Below are positions 1 through 11,523 of a stretch of DNA of 64,000 bases, in pieces (within the stretch, counting starts at the first letter, position 1; the number at the start of each line of letters is the position of its first letter). The DNA is taken from assembly GCA_016789755.1 (NCBI GenBank), contig JAEUQG010000088.1, positions 449 through 64,448 of the forward strand, read 5' to 3'. The DNA comes from Bryobacterales bacterium (lineage in GTDB: Bacteria; Acidobacteriota; Terriglobia; Bryobacterales; Bryobacteraceae). Below the pieces are notes generated by a model, which was given only the letters and a program-made list of their open reading frames with translations, searched no databases and had not been told where the DNA came from. Made by a program: the position numbers and the translations under genes.

Positions 1-2900
1 GCCAGGCCGGCTCGCGCCAAGGCGGCATTCGCGCCGCACAATCCATTTCCATTGCCGGCGCCCGGGCGCAGTTCAACCACTACACGCTCGACGGCGTGGA
101 AAACACCGACCCCAACTTCAACACTTTCGTCGTGCTGCCATCCGTCGATGCCTTGCAGGAATTCAAGGTGCAGACAGGAGTGTATCCGGCCGAATTCGGA
201 CGCGCTACCAGCCAGGTCAACGTTTCCACGCGTTCCGGCGGCAACGATTTCCACGGCTCTCTTTTCTCCTTCGTGCGCAACGACAAGCTGGATGCCAAGA
301 ACTACGCGTTCACTTCGGCCCGCCCGGCGAAAGACCCCTTCAAGTGGAATCAGTTCGGATTCATGCTCAGCGGCCCGGTGATTCTCCCGAAAATCTACAA
401 CGGCAAAAACCGGCTGTTCTTCATGACCAACTATGAGTGGTTCCGTCAGCGCCGCGGCGTGCAGGGCGTGTTCAACCTGCCCGACACCGCGATGTACACC
501 GGCAATTTCAATCACCCTACCGTGACGGCCATCTTCGATCCGCGCACACGCGTGAACAATAACGGCGTCATCACCGCGACCCCCTTTGCGGGCAACGTCA
601 TTCCCTCTTCGCGCATTCACCCCACATCGGTGAAGCTGCTCGAATTCTTCCCGCAACCGAATCTGGCGGTCGCAAACCTTCGCAACAACCGGGTCCAGGC
701 CCTTGGCCGCCCCGTCAACCGCGATCAGTTCATCGGCCGCGGTGACTTCAACGAATCCTCGAAATCCAACTGGTTCGGACGCTACAGCAATGGCGACGAG
801 AACGAATTGAACGAAGCGCTGCGGCTGAACGGCACGAAGCTGGTGACCAACTTCAAGCAGTACATGCTCTCCAACACGCGCGTGCTGTCGCCTTCGGCGG
901 TGACCGAAACGCGCTTCGGTTACACCAAGTTCTACAACACCAACGGTCCGGAGTTGGCCTTCACCCGCAACGTCGTGGGCGAGCTGAACATTGCCGGTTT
1001 GAACCCTGGACCCGAAGTTCAATGGGGCATCCCCTCCGTCGGTTTCCAGGGCCTGTATAGCGGCTTCGGGAACGATTCGGAAGGCCCGTACGAGAACAAC
1101 AACAGTTCTCTCCAGTTCCTCAACAACACGTCCGTCATCCGCGGCAAGCACTCGTTCCGCTTCGGCGCCGAAGTCCGCCAGGACCGCTACAATCAGGTGG
1201 GCAATCAGTTTGCCCGCGGCTCCTTCATCTTCGACCGCAACGCCACCCGCAATCCTTCGCAAAGTGGAACCACAGGCGATCCGTTCGCCGAATTCCTGCT
1301 GGGCGAAGTCTTCCAGCCGGAAGCAGCCGTGTCGATTGCCAACGCAAAATTCCGCGCCACATCCTTCTACCTCTACTTTGACGATACGTGGAAGGTCAGC
1401 AGCAAGTTGACCGTCAACTACGGCATCCGTTATGAGAACACGCCGCCGTGGGAGGATCGGACTGGCACCCTCTTCAACGGGATTGTGCGGCAGGACGTGC
1501 GAGCCTACAACGTCCAGGACCGCTCCATCTATCCGTTCTTCATGCGCCAGGGCGCGGCTTCGCAAAACCCCTATGATGGCATCGCCATTCGCTGGCCCGA
1601 TATCGAAGTGCGGCAGGACGGCTCGCTCGGCAACCGCCTGGTGGGACGCGACAACAACGATTGGGCCCCTCGCCTCGGCATCACCTGGGCTCCTTCGGCC
1701 AAGTGGGTCATCCGCGGCGGCGCCGGTGTCTTCTACACACAGGACACGGGCAATCCACGCTTCGACATGGCGCGCAATCTCGCCGGACGCCTGCGCGACA
1801 ACTCCTCCACCATCGCTCCGAATCTGCGCTGGGAGAATTCGCTTGCGGCCATTGCCGGTGGCGTTGCCAACGTGCCGCGTCCCTACACGTTCGCCAATCC
1901 ATTCGACCGGCGCACACCGTACTTCGTGCAGTACCTCTTGAACGTGCAGCGCGAATTGCCGAAGAACACCTTGTTCGAGTTCGGCTACCTCGGCAGCATC
2001 AGCCGCCACCTGGAAAGCCTGCGCGCCGTGAACGAAGCGATTCCCGCCTGCCCCAGCCGCACGGCGCGTCCGGGTTGCGAGAACGATCCTATCGCCGGAC
2101 TGGCGGTCAACATCCGTTCGCCGTTCCCGAACTTCGGGCGCATCCAGTTGGTGGATAATAGCGGCGTCGGCAGCTACAACTCCCTGGCCGGCAAATTGAC
2201 CAAGCGCTACAGCAACGGCGTCACCTTCCTGGTAAGCTACACGTACGCGAAATCGATCGACACATCGAGCGCGATTCGCAACCTCGGCGGCGACACGCTG
2301 TTCCCGCAGAACAGCTACTGCCGCATGTGCGAAAAGGCTCGCTCCGGCTTCGATACGCGGCACCGGTATGTGACCTCGGCACTGTGGGACCTGCCGTTCG
2401 GCAAGGGCCGCAAGATCGGCATCGGCAATTCGGTGTTGAACTTCATTGCCGGCGGATGGCAGTTGGGTTCTATCATCACGCTGCAAACGGGGTATCCGAT
2501 CACGGTCACCAACAGCGCCGATGCATCCAACACGGGCGCATTCTTCGATCGTCCGGATTCAACCGGGGCCAACGCCGGCTTGCCGCGCGGGCAACAGGAT
2601 CCGAGCCGCTTCTTCGACACCGGCGCCTTCACCCGCAACCAGGTGGGAACCCACGGCAACGTCGGCCGCAACACTTTGGACGGCCCGGGAATCATCGGCT
2701 GGGACTTCTCCACGCTGAAGGATTTCCAGGTTCACGAAAGCCACAAATTCCAGTTCCGTTTTGAAGCGTTCAACTTCCCCAATCATCCGAACTGGGGATT
2801 GCCGAACACCAACATCAACGCGGGAGCGAATTTCGGCGTCATCACCGGAACGCGCACGAACATGCGCAACCTGCAATTTGGGTTGAAGTACCTTTTCTAG
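1..2900 (+). CDS. TonB-dependent outer-membrane receptor (5' end cut by window edge)
   Basis: The frame of ORF 96..2900 stays open back to nt 3 (...NHYTLDGVENTDPNFNTFVVLPSVDALQEFKVQTGVYPAEFGR, plug-domain end). The 'M' at 96 is an internal GTG. A long N/G/Y/F-rich barrel-like sequence follows, and the C-terminus ...NLQFGLKYLF ends in an aromatic Phe typical of OM beta-barrels. Confidence 0.9.
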   Translation, partial: QAGSRQGGIRAAQSISIAGARAQFNHYTLDGVENTDPNFNTFVVLPSVDALQEFKVQTGVYPAEFGRATSQVNVSTRSGGNDFHGSLFSFVRNDKLDAKNYAFTSARPAKDPFKWNQFGFMLSGPVILPKIYNGKNRLFFMTNYEWFRQRRGVQGVFNLPDTAMYTGNFNHPTVTAIFDPRTRVNNNGVITATPFAGNVIPSSRIHPTSVKLLEFFPQPNLAVANLRNNRVQALGRPVNRDQFIGRGDFNESSKSNWFGRYSNGDENELNEALRLNGTKLVTNFKQYMLSNTRVLSPSAVTETRFGYTKFYNTNGPELAFTRNVVGELNIAGLNPGPEVQWGIPSVGFQGLYSGFGNDSEGPYENNNSSLQFLNNTSVIRGKHSFRFGAEVRQDRYNQVGNQFARGSFIFDRNATRNPSQSGTTGDPFAEFLLGEVFQPEAAVSIANAKFRATSFYLYFDDTWKVSSKLTVNYGIRYENTPPWEDRTGTLFNGIVRQDVRAYNVQDRSIYPFFMRQGAASQNPYDGIAIRWPDIEVRQDGSLGNRLVGRDNNDWAPRLGITWAPSAKWVIRGGAGVFYTQDTGNPRFDMARNLAGRLRDNSSTIAPNLRWENSLAAIAGGVANVPRPYTFANPFDRRTPYFVQYLLNVQRELPKNTLFEFGYLGSISRHLESLRAVNEAIPACPSRTARPGCENDPIAGLAVNIRSPFPNFGRIQLVDNSGVGSYNSLAGKLTKRYSNGVTFLVSYTYAKSIDTSSAIRNLGGDTLFPQNSYCRMCEKARSGFDTRHRYVTSALWDLPFGKGRKIGIGNSVLNFIAGGWQLGSIITLQTGYPITVTNSADASNTGAFFDRPDSTGANAGLPRGQQDPSRFFDTGAFTRNQVGTHGNVGRNTLDGPGIIGWDFSTLKDFQVHESHKFQFRFEAFNFPNHPNWGLPNTNINAGANFGVITGTRTNMRNLQFGLKYLF

Positions 2901-3010
2901 AAATTCGCCTCAAATCCAGAGGGCGCGATCCGGGGAGACCGGACCGCGCCCTTTCTGTTTTGGGGAACCAATGCTCCGTGATCGTGCAGCCCGCCTGTCG
3001 CCACCCACCC

Positions 3011-3547
3011 TTACGGCAGTTGCGAGTAGATCTCGGCCAGCGGAATTTCGATTTCCAGCGACTCAACTTTGGCCACGGCGCTTTCGCCTTCGTACACGGT
3101 GAGCAGCCAGCGCCCGTCGGTCATGCGGCGGAAGACTTCGATGCGCGGCTGGTCTTGGGCGACCAGCAGGTACTCCTCGAAGGAAGGCAATTGGCGGTAG
3201 AGCTGAAACTTGCCGCTGTAGTCGTAGCCCGCTGTGGACGGGGAGAGAATCTCGAAGATGACCGAGGGGTTGGTGAGGCTCGGGTCGGACTCGTCGGTGA
3301 GGACGGGCTTGCCGCAGTAGACAATGAGGTCTGGTTGGACGTATTGCGTCGGGCTGACCCGCACGCGCATGGTCCCGATTGCCTCGCAGGGCTTGTTTTT
3401 CAAGCCTTGGTGAAGCAGGGCGCCGATTCTCGTTTCAATCGCCGCGTGGCGAAGACTCGCTTCGGCCAGCGGAAAGATCTCGCCGTCATGATACTCCAGC
3501 GGGCGCTCGGAAGCCTGATCGGCTTCGAGATACTCCTTTACGGTCAT
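3011..3547 (-). CDS. Uma2 (DUF820) family restriction-endonuclease-like protein
   Basis: ORF 3011..3937(-) trimmed to the internal ATG at 3547 (alternative ATG at 3571). MTVKEYLEADQASERPLEYHDGEIF...PDLIVYCG...PSVIFEILSPST...KFQLYRQLPSFEEYLLV fits the Uma2 pattern. The upstream part of the ORF is antisense to the neighbouring gene. Confidence 0.8.
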   Translation of the reverse strand: MTVKEYLEADQASERPLEYHDGEIFPLAEASLRHAAIETRIGALLHQGLKNKPCEAIGTMRVRVSPTQYVQPDLIVYCGKPVLTDESDPSLTNPSVIFEILSPSTAGYDYSGKFQLYRQLPSFEEYLLVAQDQPRIEVFRRMTDGRWLLTVYEGESAVAKVESLEIEIPLAEIYSQLP

Positions 3548-3577
3548 CTTAGGAACCGGCAGTGCGCCCATGAAAGT

Positions 3578-4990
3578 ATGATACCCCGTGGCCGCCCGCG
3601 GCGGCTGGTTTGTCATGATAGGAAGTTGACACTGATAGAAATCGACTGGCCCCGCTACGGCGAGGAACCTGCCCCTCCCGCCATCCCATTGGAAGAATAC
3701 CGCTCGCGCCTCGCGGCGGCTCGCGTCCTCATGGATCGCGCCGGGCTCACCCATCTGGCGGTCTACGGCGACCGCGAGCACTTCGCGAATCTGCATTGGT
3801 TCACAGGGTTCGATCCGCGCTTTGAAGAAGCGCTGCTGCTGATCCGCATGCACGGACCGCCCTTGCTGCTGGTAGGCAATGAGTGCGAATCGTATCTGCC
3901 GGTAAGTCCTCTGTGGAGAAACGGCGAGTTGCGCCATGAGCGGTATCAGCCGTTTTCGCTCTTAAGCCAGCCGCGGGATGCCAGCCGCCAGTTGGGCGAG
4001 ATTCTCGATGGAGAGGGCATGAAAGCAGGCGCGCGCGTCGGGTGCGTCGGCTTTAAGTATTATGCCCAGCCGCACTCGATCGACATGCCCGCCTATCTGG
4101 TGGATGCTATCCGCGCGGCGGCCGGTTTCGATGCCGTAACCTGCGCCACCCGCATGCTGCTCCATCCGGGCGATGGATTGCGCACCGCGAGCGGGCCGGC
4201 CGAGATTGCCTGGTTCGAATACTCGAACTTCAAGGCATCTGAGGCAATGCGCCGGGTCCATTTCGCGATACGCCTGGGAATGACGGATCACGAGTTGCTT
4301 GCGCATGCCGGCTACGACGGGCTGCCATTGGCGTGCCACATGACCCTAAAGACAGGTCCCAATCGCATCAGCCTCGCCAGCCCTTCGGGAGCCAGGATCG
4401 AGATTGGCTATCCATGGTCGGCGAATGTGGCCTATTGGGGATCGAATGTTTGCCGTGCCGGCTGGGTCGCAAGGGACGCGGCAGACCTGCCCCAGCGCGC
4501 CCGCGGCTACGTCGAGCAGTTCGCCGGTCCCTACTTCCACGCGATGCGTGCCTGGTTCGGCGCCTTACGGATTGGGACGCCCGGCGGAGAGATTCAGACC
4601 CTGATGGATGCCGCGCTGCCCTTTGAAAAGTTCGGTGTGTTCTTGAATCCGGGCCATTTGATCCACTTCGATGAATGGACGAGTTCGCCTGTGTATCCGG
4701 GCAGCCAGGTGCGCCTGCGCTCGGGAATGGTGCTGCAAAGCGATGTCATCCCATCTTCGAAAGATTACTTCTCCACCCGCATGGAAGATGGTTACGCACT
4801 GGCAGACCAGCCTCTGCGCAAGCGCATTGCAAAGGAGTACCCCGCCTGCCTCGCGCGATGCCAAGCGCGGCGCGAGTTCATGAGCCGGCAGCTTGGCATT
4901 GAACTGCCCGAGGAAGTTCTGCCGTTGTCCAACATGGCGGGAATCGTACCGCCCTACTTGCTGCGCCCGGAACTGGTGCTCAGCCGATGA
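3578..4990 (+). CDS. Creatinase/prolidase-fold (M24-like) protein, start uncertain
   Basis: C-terminal two thirds of ORF 2960..4990. LEEYRSRLAAARVLMDRAGLTHLAVYGDREHFANLHWFTGFDPRFEEALLLI resembles a creatinase/aminopeptidase-P N-domain, and the C-terminal half has a pita-bread-like pattern (GVFLNPGHLIHFDEW, GMVLQSDV). The first in-frame ATG is at 3578, and an in-frame TTG at 3626 is also possible. Confidence 0.55.
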   Translation: MIPRGRPRRLVCHDRKLTLIEIDWPRYGEEPAPPAIPLEEYRSRLAAARVLMDRAGLTHLAVYGDREHFANLHWFTGFDPRFEEALLLIRMHGPPLLLVGNECESYLPVSPLWRNGELRHERYQPFSLLSQPRDASRQLGEILDGEGMKAGARVGCVGFKYYAQPHSIDMPAYLVDAIRAAAGFDAVTCATRMLLHPGDGLRTASGPAEIAWFEYSNFKASEAMRRVHFAIRLGMTDHELLAHAGYDGLPLACHMTLKTGPNRISLASPSGARIEIGYPWSANVAYWGSNVCRAGWVARDAADLPQRARGYVEQFAGPYFHAMRAWFGALRIGTPGGEIQTLMDAALPFEKFGVFLNPGHLIHFDEWTSSPVYPGSQVRLRSGMVLQSDVIPSSKDYFSTRMEDGYALADQPLRKRIAKEYPACLARCQARREFMSRQLGIELPEEVLPLSNMAGIVPPYLLRPELVLSR

Positions 4991-5763
4991 TTCTCGTCTG
5001 CACCGTCCGGGGTTGCCTGCTGCCGCTGCAACGCGAGGGTAACTCCATGCGCTGCGCCAAGGGGCACTCCTTCGATGTCGCGCGCAGCGGCTACGTGAAT
5101 CTCTTGCAGCCGCAGGACAAACGGTCGAAGGCTCCCGGAGATGCCGCAAAGGCTGTGGACGCGCGGCGGCGGCTGCATGACCGGGGTGTGAGCGCGGCCG
5201 CCGTAGAGGCCATCGGAGCCATGCTGCATGCGGGCACGGACGATACGGTTTTGGATGTGGGCTGCGGGGAAGGATTCTACCTCGCTACTCTCGCCCGCGG
5301 ATTCGCATTCGAAGCGTGTGGCGTGGATCTCTCCATTCCCGCCGTCCACGCGGCCGCCCGCCGCTATCCGTCTTGCCAGTGGACGGTGGCAAATGCGGAT
5401 CGATTCCTCCCCTACCGCGACGCGTCTTTCTCCCGCCTCATGACCGTTACCGCCCGGCGAAATCCCCCCGAGTTCCGCCGCGTCTTGCGGCCGGGCGGAC
5501 GTGTGGTCGTGGCAGCCCCCTCGCCGGAGGATCTGATCGAGTTACGAGGCAGGGGGAAAGACCGCGTAGCGGCCGTGCTCAAAGAGTTCGGAGATGGCTG
5601 GAGCCTCGTCGAACAAGCGCGGGTATCGCAGATCGTGCAACTCGACCAGGCAGGTGTGCTCGATGTGCTGGCGTCCATCTACCGCCCGCTGCGGGCGGCC
5701 GAAGTACAAGGGATGCAGGTCACCTTCGGACTCGATCTGCTGTGCTTGGAACCGCGAATCTAA
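4987..5763 (+). CDS. rlmA: 23S rRNA (guanine745-N1)-methyltransferase
   Basis: N-terminal Cys-rich zinc motif (CTVRGCLLPLQREGNSMRCAKGHSFDVARSGYVNLLQPQDKRSKAPGD) and SAM motif VLDVGCGEGFY, collinear with E. coli RlmA as I recall it. ATGA start/stop overlap with the upstream gene. Confidence 0.88.
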   Translation: MILVCTVRGCLLPLQREGNSMRCAKGHSFDVARSGYVNLLQPQDKRSKAPGDAAKAVDARRRLHDRGVSAAAVEAIGAMLHAGTDDTVLDVGCGEGFYLATLARGFAFEACGVDLSIPAVHAAARRYPSCQWTVANADRFLPYRDASFSRLMTVTARRNPPEFRRVLRPGGRVVVAAPSPEDLIELRGRGKDRVAAVLKEFGDGWSLVEQARVSQIVQLDQAGVLDVLASIYRPLRAAEVQGMQVTFGLDLLCLEPRI

Positions 5764-5770
5764 GACGCAT

Positions 5771-5794
5771 AGGGCGGACTGGGAATCCGCCCCT
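5771..5794. terminator. GC-rich hairpin between convergent rlmA and frr (candidate bidirectional terminator)
   Basis: gggcgga (5772..5778) pairs with tccgccc (5786..5792) across a 7-nt loop in the 38-bp gap between two stop codons. There is no clear U-tract. Confidence 0.4.
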
Positions 5795-5801
5795 CTCGAA
5801 A

Positions 5802-6398
5802 CTACTTCAATTCGAGGATCTCTTTCTCTTTGGCGAGGGCCGCCGTATCCAGCTTCTTGATCTCCGCATCGGTAAGCTTCTGGATCTCGTCATGCGCGCG
5901 CCGGTCGTCGTCTTCGCTGATTGACTTGTCCTTCAGCAGCTTCTTCACCGCGTCGTTGGCGTCGCGGCGGATGTTGCGCAGCGCCACCCGATGATCCTCG
6001 GCAATGTTGTGCAGATGTTTCACCAGTTCCTTCCGGCGGTCCTGCGTGAGCGGTGGGATGGGGACGCGGATGATCTTGCCGTCGTTCATCGGATTGAGGC
6101 CAAGGTCGCCCGCGCGGATCGCTTTCTCGATGGGTCCGATGGTCGAAGCGTCCCAGGGCTGCACCGTGATCATGGCGGGCTCCGGAACGTGGAGGTTGGC
6201 CAACTGATTGATCGGCGTCGGAGTACCGTAGTAATCCACCTTGATGCCGTCCAGCAGGTTGACCGAGGCGCGCCCCGTTCGGATGTTGCTCATGGCGTGC
6301 ATCAGATCGGCGATCACCTTCTCCATTCGCGACTTGGCGCTGGCTTCCACTTCCTTCAATGACGGACCGGACTGGCCGGATGATTGACCTGGTTTCAT
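5802..6398 (-). CDS. frr: Ribosome recycling factor
   Basis: SNIRTGRASVNLLDGIKVDYYGTPTPINQLANLHVPEPAMITVQPWD...LGLNPMNDGKIIRVPIPPLTQDRRKELVK is a canonical Frr sequence. It lies in the conserved rpsB-tsf-pyrH-frr order. Confidence 0.95.
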   Translation of the reverse strand: MKPGQSSGQSGPSLKEVEASAKSRMEKVIADLMHAMSNIRTGRASVNLLDGIKVDYYGTPTPINQLANLHVPEPAMITVQPWDASTIGPIEKAIRAGDLGLNPMNDGKIIRVPIPPLTQDRRKELVKHLHNIAEDHRVALRNIRRDANDAVKKLLKDKSISEDDDRRAHDEIQKLTDAEIKKLDTAALAKEKEILELK

Positions 6399-6421
6399 GA
6401 ATTAGGGCCTCTTCGAATAAT

Positions 6422-7129
6422 CTAGCGTATGAGCGTGCCTACCGGCTCGCCCATGGACATTCGCATTATATTGCCTGCCACCGTAAGGTTGAACACCTGA
6501 ATGGGCAGCTTGTTGTCCCGGCACATGGCGACCGCCGAGGCGTCCATCACGCGTAACGCCCGCGACAGCACCTCCTGAAAGGTGATCTCGGCAAAACGCA
6601 CAGCATCCGTGTGCACCATCGGATCCTTGTCGTAGACGCCATCCACACGTGTGGCTTTGGCGATTACTTCGGCGCCGATCTCTAGGGCGCGCAGCGTCGC
6701 TGCGGTATCGGTGGAGAAATACGGATTCGATGTGCCGGCCACAAAAATGACGATGCGCCCCTTCTCCAGGTGCCGCACCGCGCGTCGCTGGATGTAGGGC
6801 TCGGCCACCTGGTTCATGTGGATGGCGGTCATCACCCGCGTAGGAACGCCTTGCTTCTCCAAGGCATCCTGCAAAGCGATGCCGTTGATGACGGTGGCCA
6901 GCATCCCCATGTGGTCCGCGGCAACGCGGTTCATGTTGCGGGCGGCGGCGTTCACTCCCCGGAAAAAGTTGCCGCCACCCACCACTAAACCCAGTTGTAC
7001 GCCCTGCTGCGCTACTTCGACCAGTTCGGCGGCGAGCGTACGCACACGCTCGGGGTCGATGCCGAAACCCTGGCCCGCGGCCAGGACCTCGCCGCTCAGC
7101 TTGAGAAGGATTCTGCGGTAAGCGGCCAC
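6422..7129 (-). CDS. pyrH: UMP kinase
   Basis: [15 protein letters not shown]...[10 protein letters not shown]...[19 protein letters not shown]...[14 protein letters not shown]...DGVYDKDP. Confidence 0.95.
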   Translation of the reverse strand: MAAYRRILLKLSGEVLAAGQGFGIDPERVRTLAAELVEVAQQGVQLGLVVGGGNFFRGVNAAARNMNRVAADHMGMLATVINGIALQDALEKQGVPTRVMTAIHMNQVAEPYIQRRAVRHLEKGRIVIFVAGTSNPYFSTDTAATLRALEIGAEVIAKATRVDGVYDKDPMVHTDAVRFAEITFQEVLSRALRVMDASAVAMCRDNKLPIQVFNLTVAGNIMRMSMGEPVGTLIR

Positions 7130-7147
7130 GGTCTGTGGGGCCTCCCG

Positions 7148-7759
7148 CTATTCCGGCGCGTTAGCGTCGCCGACTTTAAACCGGACGAAGCGCGCGATGG
7201 AAATGTTCTCGCCGAGCTTGGCGATCTTCGTCTTGATCAGATCTTCGATCTTCATCGTGTTGTCTTTGATGAAGGGCTGATCCAGCAGACAGATCTCCTC
7301 GTAGAACTTCCCCATCCGGCCTTCGATGATCTTCTCCACCATCTTCTCCGGCTTGCCTTCGTTCAGCGCCCGCGCCCGCTGGATGTCCTTTTCCTTTTCG
7401 ATGGCCGCCGCCGTCACATCTTCCCGGCGGATGAACTGCGGATCGGCTGCGGCGATCTGCATCGCGATGTCTTTTACCAGCTCGCTGAAGTCATCCGTGC
7501 GCGCCACGAAATCGGATTCGCAGTTCACTTCCACCAGAACGCCAAGCTGCGAACCGGAGTGAATGTAGCTGCCGATCACGCCCTGTTTGGTCGAGCGCTC
7601 GGATTTCTTGGATGCGGACGCAATCCCGCGCTTGCGCAGGACGACTTCCGCGGCCCCGATATCGCCGCTGGCTTCCTTCAGTGCCGCCTTGCATTCCATC
7701 ATCCCCGCTCCAGTGCGGTCCCGGAGCTCTTTCACCATTTGTGCGGTGATTTCAGCCAT
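7148..7759 (-). CDS. tsf: Translation elongation factor Ts (short ~200-aa form)
   Basis: ITAQMVKELRDRTGAGMMECKAALKEASGDI...SYIHSGSQLGVLVEVNCESDFVART, positioned between rpsB and pyrH. Confidence 0.95.
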   Translation of the reverse strand: MAEITAQMVKELRDRTGAGMMECKAALKEASGDIGAAEVVLRKRGIASASKKSERSTKQGVIGSYIHSGSQLGVLVEVNCESDFVARTDDFSELVKDIAMQIAAADPQFIRREDVTAAAIEKEKDIQRARALNEGKPEKMVEKIIEGRMGKFYEEICLLDQPFIKDNTMKIEDLIKTKIAKLGENISIARFVRFKVGDANAPE

Positions 7760-7807
7760 AATTCTTAAATCCTTTTCTGAAGAGTTCGCTTGGGGAGCGG
7801 CCCGTGC

Positions 7808-8701
<894 letters not shown>

Positions 8702-8824
8702 ATGATCTCCTTCATGAGTTGGCCGGGCCCATCCTCGAATGCGTGCGGTCCAAAGCGAGATTTGCACGCGCGGGGGATGCCCGGCCTGGTTTCAAGTAGC
8801 CTAGAACGATTCTCCCGTGGCGGT

Positions 8825-9220
8825 TTAGCGCTTGGAGAACTGGAACCTGCGGCGGGCGCCCTTTTGGCCGTACTTCTTGCGCTCATGGGCGCGCGGGTCG
8901 CGGGTGAGAAAACCGAGGGATTTGAGCTTGCCGCGCAGCTCGGCATTGAATTGCACCAGCGCGCGTGAGATGCCCAGGCGAACAGCGCCCGCCTGACCGT
9001 TGATGCCCCCGCCGTTGGCTAGAACCAAAACGTCGAACTTGTCCGACATCTCGGTGGCAAGCAGAGGCTGCCGCGCCATGGCGCGCGAAGCCGGGGTGGT
9101 GAAGTATGCTTCAATGTCACGGCCGTTCACCGTGATGGCGCCTTTGCCGGGGCGCAGGAAAACACGGGCAACCGCGCTCTTGCGGCGGCCGGTACCCAGA
9201 TGCTGAATCAATGCTGCCAA
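8825..9220 (-). CDS. rpsI: 30S ribosomal protein S9
   Basis: [25 protein letters not shown]...[19 protein letters not shown]...[27 protein letters not shown]. Confidence 0.95.
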   Translation of the reverse strand: MAALIQHLGTGRRKSAVARVFLRPGKGAITVNGRDIEAYFTTPASRAMARQPLLATEMSDKFDVLVLANGGGINGQAGAVRLGISRALVQFNAELRGKLKSLGFLTRDPRAHERKKYGQKGARRRFQFSKR

Positions 9221-9241
9221 GACAGACTCCTCAATTTCTCG

Positions 9242-9667
9242 TTATGCCAATGGTGACGGCTTCTGTGCACTATGCGGATGCTGATCGCCGGCATAGACCT
9301 TCAGCTTGCGGTACATTTGATTACCGAGCTTGGTCTTGGGCAGCATGCCGCGAATCGCTTCCTCGACCATCTTTACCGGCCGTTCGGCGCGGAGCTTTTT
9401 GGCCTGGACGGTGCGCAACCCGCCGGGATAACCCGAGTGATAGTGGTAGACCTTCTGCTCTTCTTTCGTGCCGGTCAGGCGAACCTTATCGGCATTGATG
9501 ACGATGACATGGTCCCCGGCATCCATAAAGGGCGTGAAAGTCGGTTTATGTTTGCCGCTGAGGACGAAGGCGGCTTTGCTTGCCAACCGGCCCAACACGG
9601 CATTCTCAGCATCGATCACAAACCAGGAGCGATCGATTTCATTCTTGGAAGGAAACTCCGTTTTCAT
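9242..9667 (-). CDS. rplM: 50S ribosomal protein L13
   Basis: [54 protein letters not shown]...KVYYHHSGYPGG, immediately upstream of rpsI. Confidence 0.95.
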   Translation of the reverse strand: MKTEFPSKNEIDRSWFVIDAENAVLGRLASKAAFVLSGKHKPTFTPFMDAGDHVIVINADKVRLTGTKEEQKVYHYHSGYPGGLRTVQAKKLRAERPVKMVEEAIRGMLPKTKLGNQMYRKLKVYAGDQHPHSAQKPSPLA

Positions 9668-9709
9668 ACAGACAGACGATCTCCGTTTAACCCCTACAAA
9701 AGTTATAGT

Positions 9710-11518
9710 CTAGCGAACGCCGCCGCCTACTGTCAAACCTAAACCTCCGCCCTGCTTCGCGATTCCGGGAATCGACACCGGCAGACGCCCGTTGATCGGA
9801 ATCTCCCCCAGCACCGCCCGCACAGCCGCGGCTTCACTCGGCTGCGAAGTCGAGAACGTAGCCAGCGCCGCCTTCACCTGGGGATACGATCGCACCAGAT
9901 AAGGGTTCCCCAGACTGACCAGTATCACCGGACGCGACTCCAGCAGGGAGCGCAGAAAGTTCTGTTGGAATTCAGGGAGCGCTCCGCTGCCCGAATATCC
10001 GGCGAAAGCAGCCACCACCGTTGCGCTACAGTTTCCGGCGGATTTCGCCGCAGCTTCGATTTCTGCCGGGGTCCACAAAGGATCGATCGACACTGCCCGC
10101 ATCTCCGCGCTCCTCTGCCGCACTTCCTGCAAAAGGCGCCGCCCTTGCGTTCCGAAACGGCTCTCCGTCAGCACAAACCAGCATGTGCCCGCGCCCGGCT
10201 GGGCCGGCAGCAGGTTGCCCTCGTTGCGGATCAGGGTGATGGCTTTTTCCGCAACCGTCGCGGCAAGGGCGGTATCCTCTTCCAGATCGAAGCCGTCGTT
10301 CACCGATTCCAGATCCACAAGCTTCTTCTTATGCAACCCAAGCTGGTATTTTGCGCGGAGTAGCTTGTCCACGCTTTCCTCGATCCGTTGCGCCTTGATC
10401 CGCCCGGAGCGGATCGCCGCCGCGATGGCTGTAACCGCCTTCTCCGCGTTGGCCGGCATCAGAAGTACATCCGCGCCGGCTTCGATCGCCCGTACCGCCG
10501 GCTCGCCGTTCGGAAACTTGCTGGTGAGCCCCTGCATATCCATCGCGTCCGTCGTAATAAGCCCCTTGAAGCCGAGTTCCTTGCGAAGCAGATCAGTGAG
10601 AACAGCCGGCGAAATGGTGGCCGGAATTTCCTGCGGCTCGATCGAAGGAACCCACAGGTGGGCCGTCATGACGGAATCCACCCCCGCGTCGATCGCGGCG
10701 CGGAAGGGCACCAGTTCAAGCTGCTCCAGCCGCTGCTTCGTGGCGCCCACTTTAGCCAGTCCAAGGTGGGTATCCACCGCCGTGTCGCCGTGGCCGGGGA
10801 AATGCTTCACGGTGACCAGCACCCGGTTGCCCCCTTCGCCTCGCGCCCCTTCGATGAAAGCCTTCACGTTGTCGGAAACCTGGTGCGGATCTTCGCTGAA
10901 AGAACGGATGTTGATGATCGGGTTGTCCGGGTTGTTGTTCACATCCGCCACAGGTGCGAAGACCCAGTGCACACCCATTGCTCGCGATTCGCGAGCCGTG
11001 ACAGCCCCAAGCTGCCGTGTAAGCGCCACATCGCCTGTCGCGGCAAACGCCATCGCGTGCGGAAACTTCGTGGCCGTGGCCACTCGCATGGATGCCCCGC
11101 GCTCAAAGTCGCCCCCAACGATCAGCGGAACGCGGGCCAGCCGTTGCATGCGATTCAAAAACGCGGCCGATGTGGTGGCGTCGGCATTCTGCGCAACGCC
11201 GTTCTGGAGCCGGTTGACCAGAATCAACCCGCCCACTCCCAGTTGCTTCACCCGTTGGGCGTACTGCCGGTAAAGGCGCGACCGCACACTGGGATTGTCT
11301 CCGTAAAAAGGGATCACGATGAGTTGCGCGATCTTGTCGCGCTGCGACATCCGCGACATCCAAAGCTTCACCTGCCGCGTTTCCGCCGGCTGCGCCGCCA
11401 CCGCGGACTTGGCCTTGGCAGGAGCCTTGCGCGCAGAAGGACCCTGCGCCGCTGCGAGGAAGAACGGTATGGATAAGAAAAGGAGGGTCAGGCTACGGAA
11501 GGGTACGGCGAACTGCAC
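9710..11518 (-). CDS. Secreted glycoside hydrolase family 3 (beta-N-acetylhexosaminidase/YbbD-like)
   Basis: N-terminal signal-like MQFAVPFRSLTLLFLSIPFFLAAAQG. GH3 motifs are present: LIVGGDFERG, KHFPGHGDTAVDTHLGL, ITTDAMDMQG. Confidence 0.85.
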   Translation of the reverse strand: MQFAVPFRSLTLLFLSIPFFLAAAQGPSARKAPAKAKSAVAAQPAETRQVKLWMSRMSQRDKIAQLIVIPFYGDNPSVRSRLYRQYAQRVKQLGVGGLILVNRLQNGVAQNADATTSAAFLNRMQRLARVPLIVGGDFERGASMRVATATKFPHAMAFAATGDVALTRQLGAVTARESRAMGVHWVFAPVADVNNNPDNPIINIRSFSEDPHQVSDNVKAFIEGARGEGGNRVLVTVKHFPGHGDTAVDTHLGLAKVGATKQRLEQLELVPFRAAIDAGVDSVMTAHLWVPSIEPQEIPATISPAVLTDLLRKELGFKGLITTDAMDMQGLTSKFPNGEPAVRAIEAGADVLLMPANAEKAVTAIAAAIRSGRIKAQRIEESVDKLLRAKYQLGLHKKKLVDLESVNDGFDLEEDTALAATVAEKAITLIRNEGNLLPAQPGAGTCWFVLTESRFGTQGRRLLQEVRQRSAEMRAVSIDPLWTPAEIEAAAKSAGNCSATVVAAFAGYSGSGALPEFQQNFLRSLLESRPVILVSLGNPYLVRSYPQVKAALATFSTSQPSEAAAVRAVLGEIPINGRLPVSIPGIAKQGGGLGLTVGGGVR

Positions 11519-11523
11519 ACTTC

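Noticed and set aside
2960-3577. N-terminal 206 codons of ORF 2960..4990
   Set aside because: This part overlaps the Uma2 gene in antisense and reads as low-complexity sequence. Recognisable creatinase-like sequence starts only after about nt 3600.
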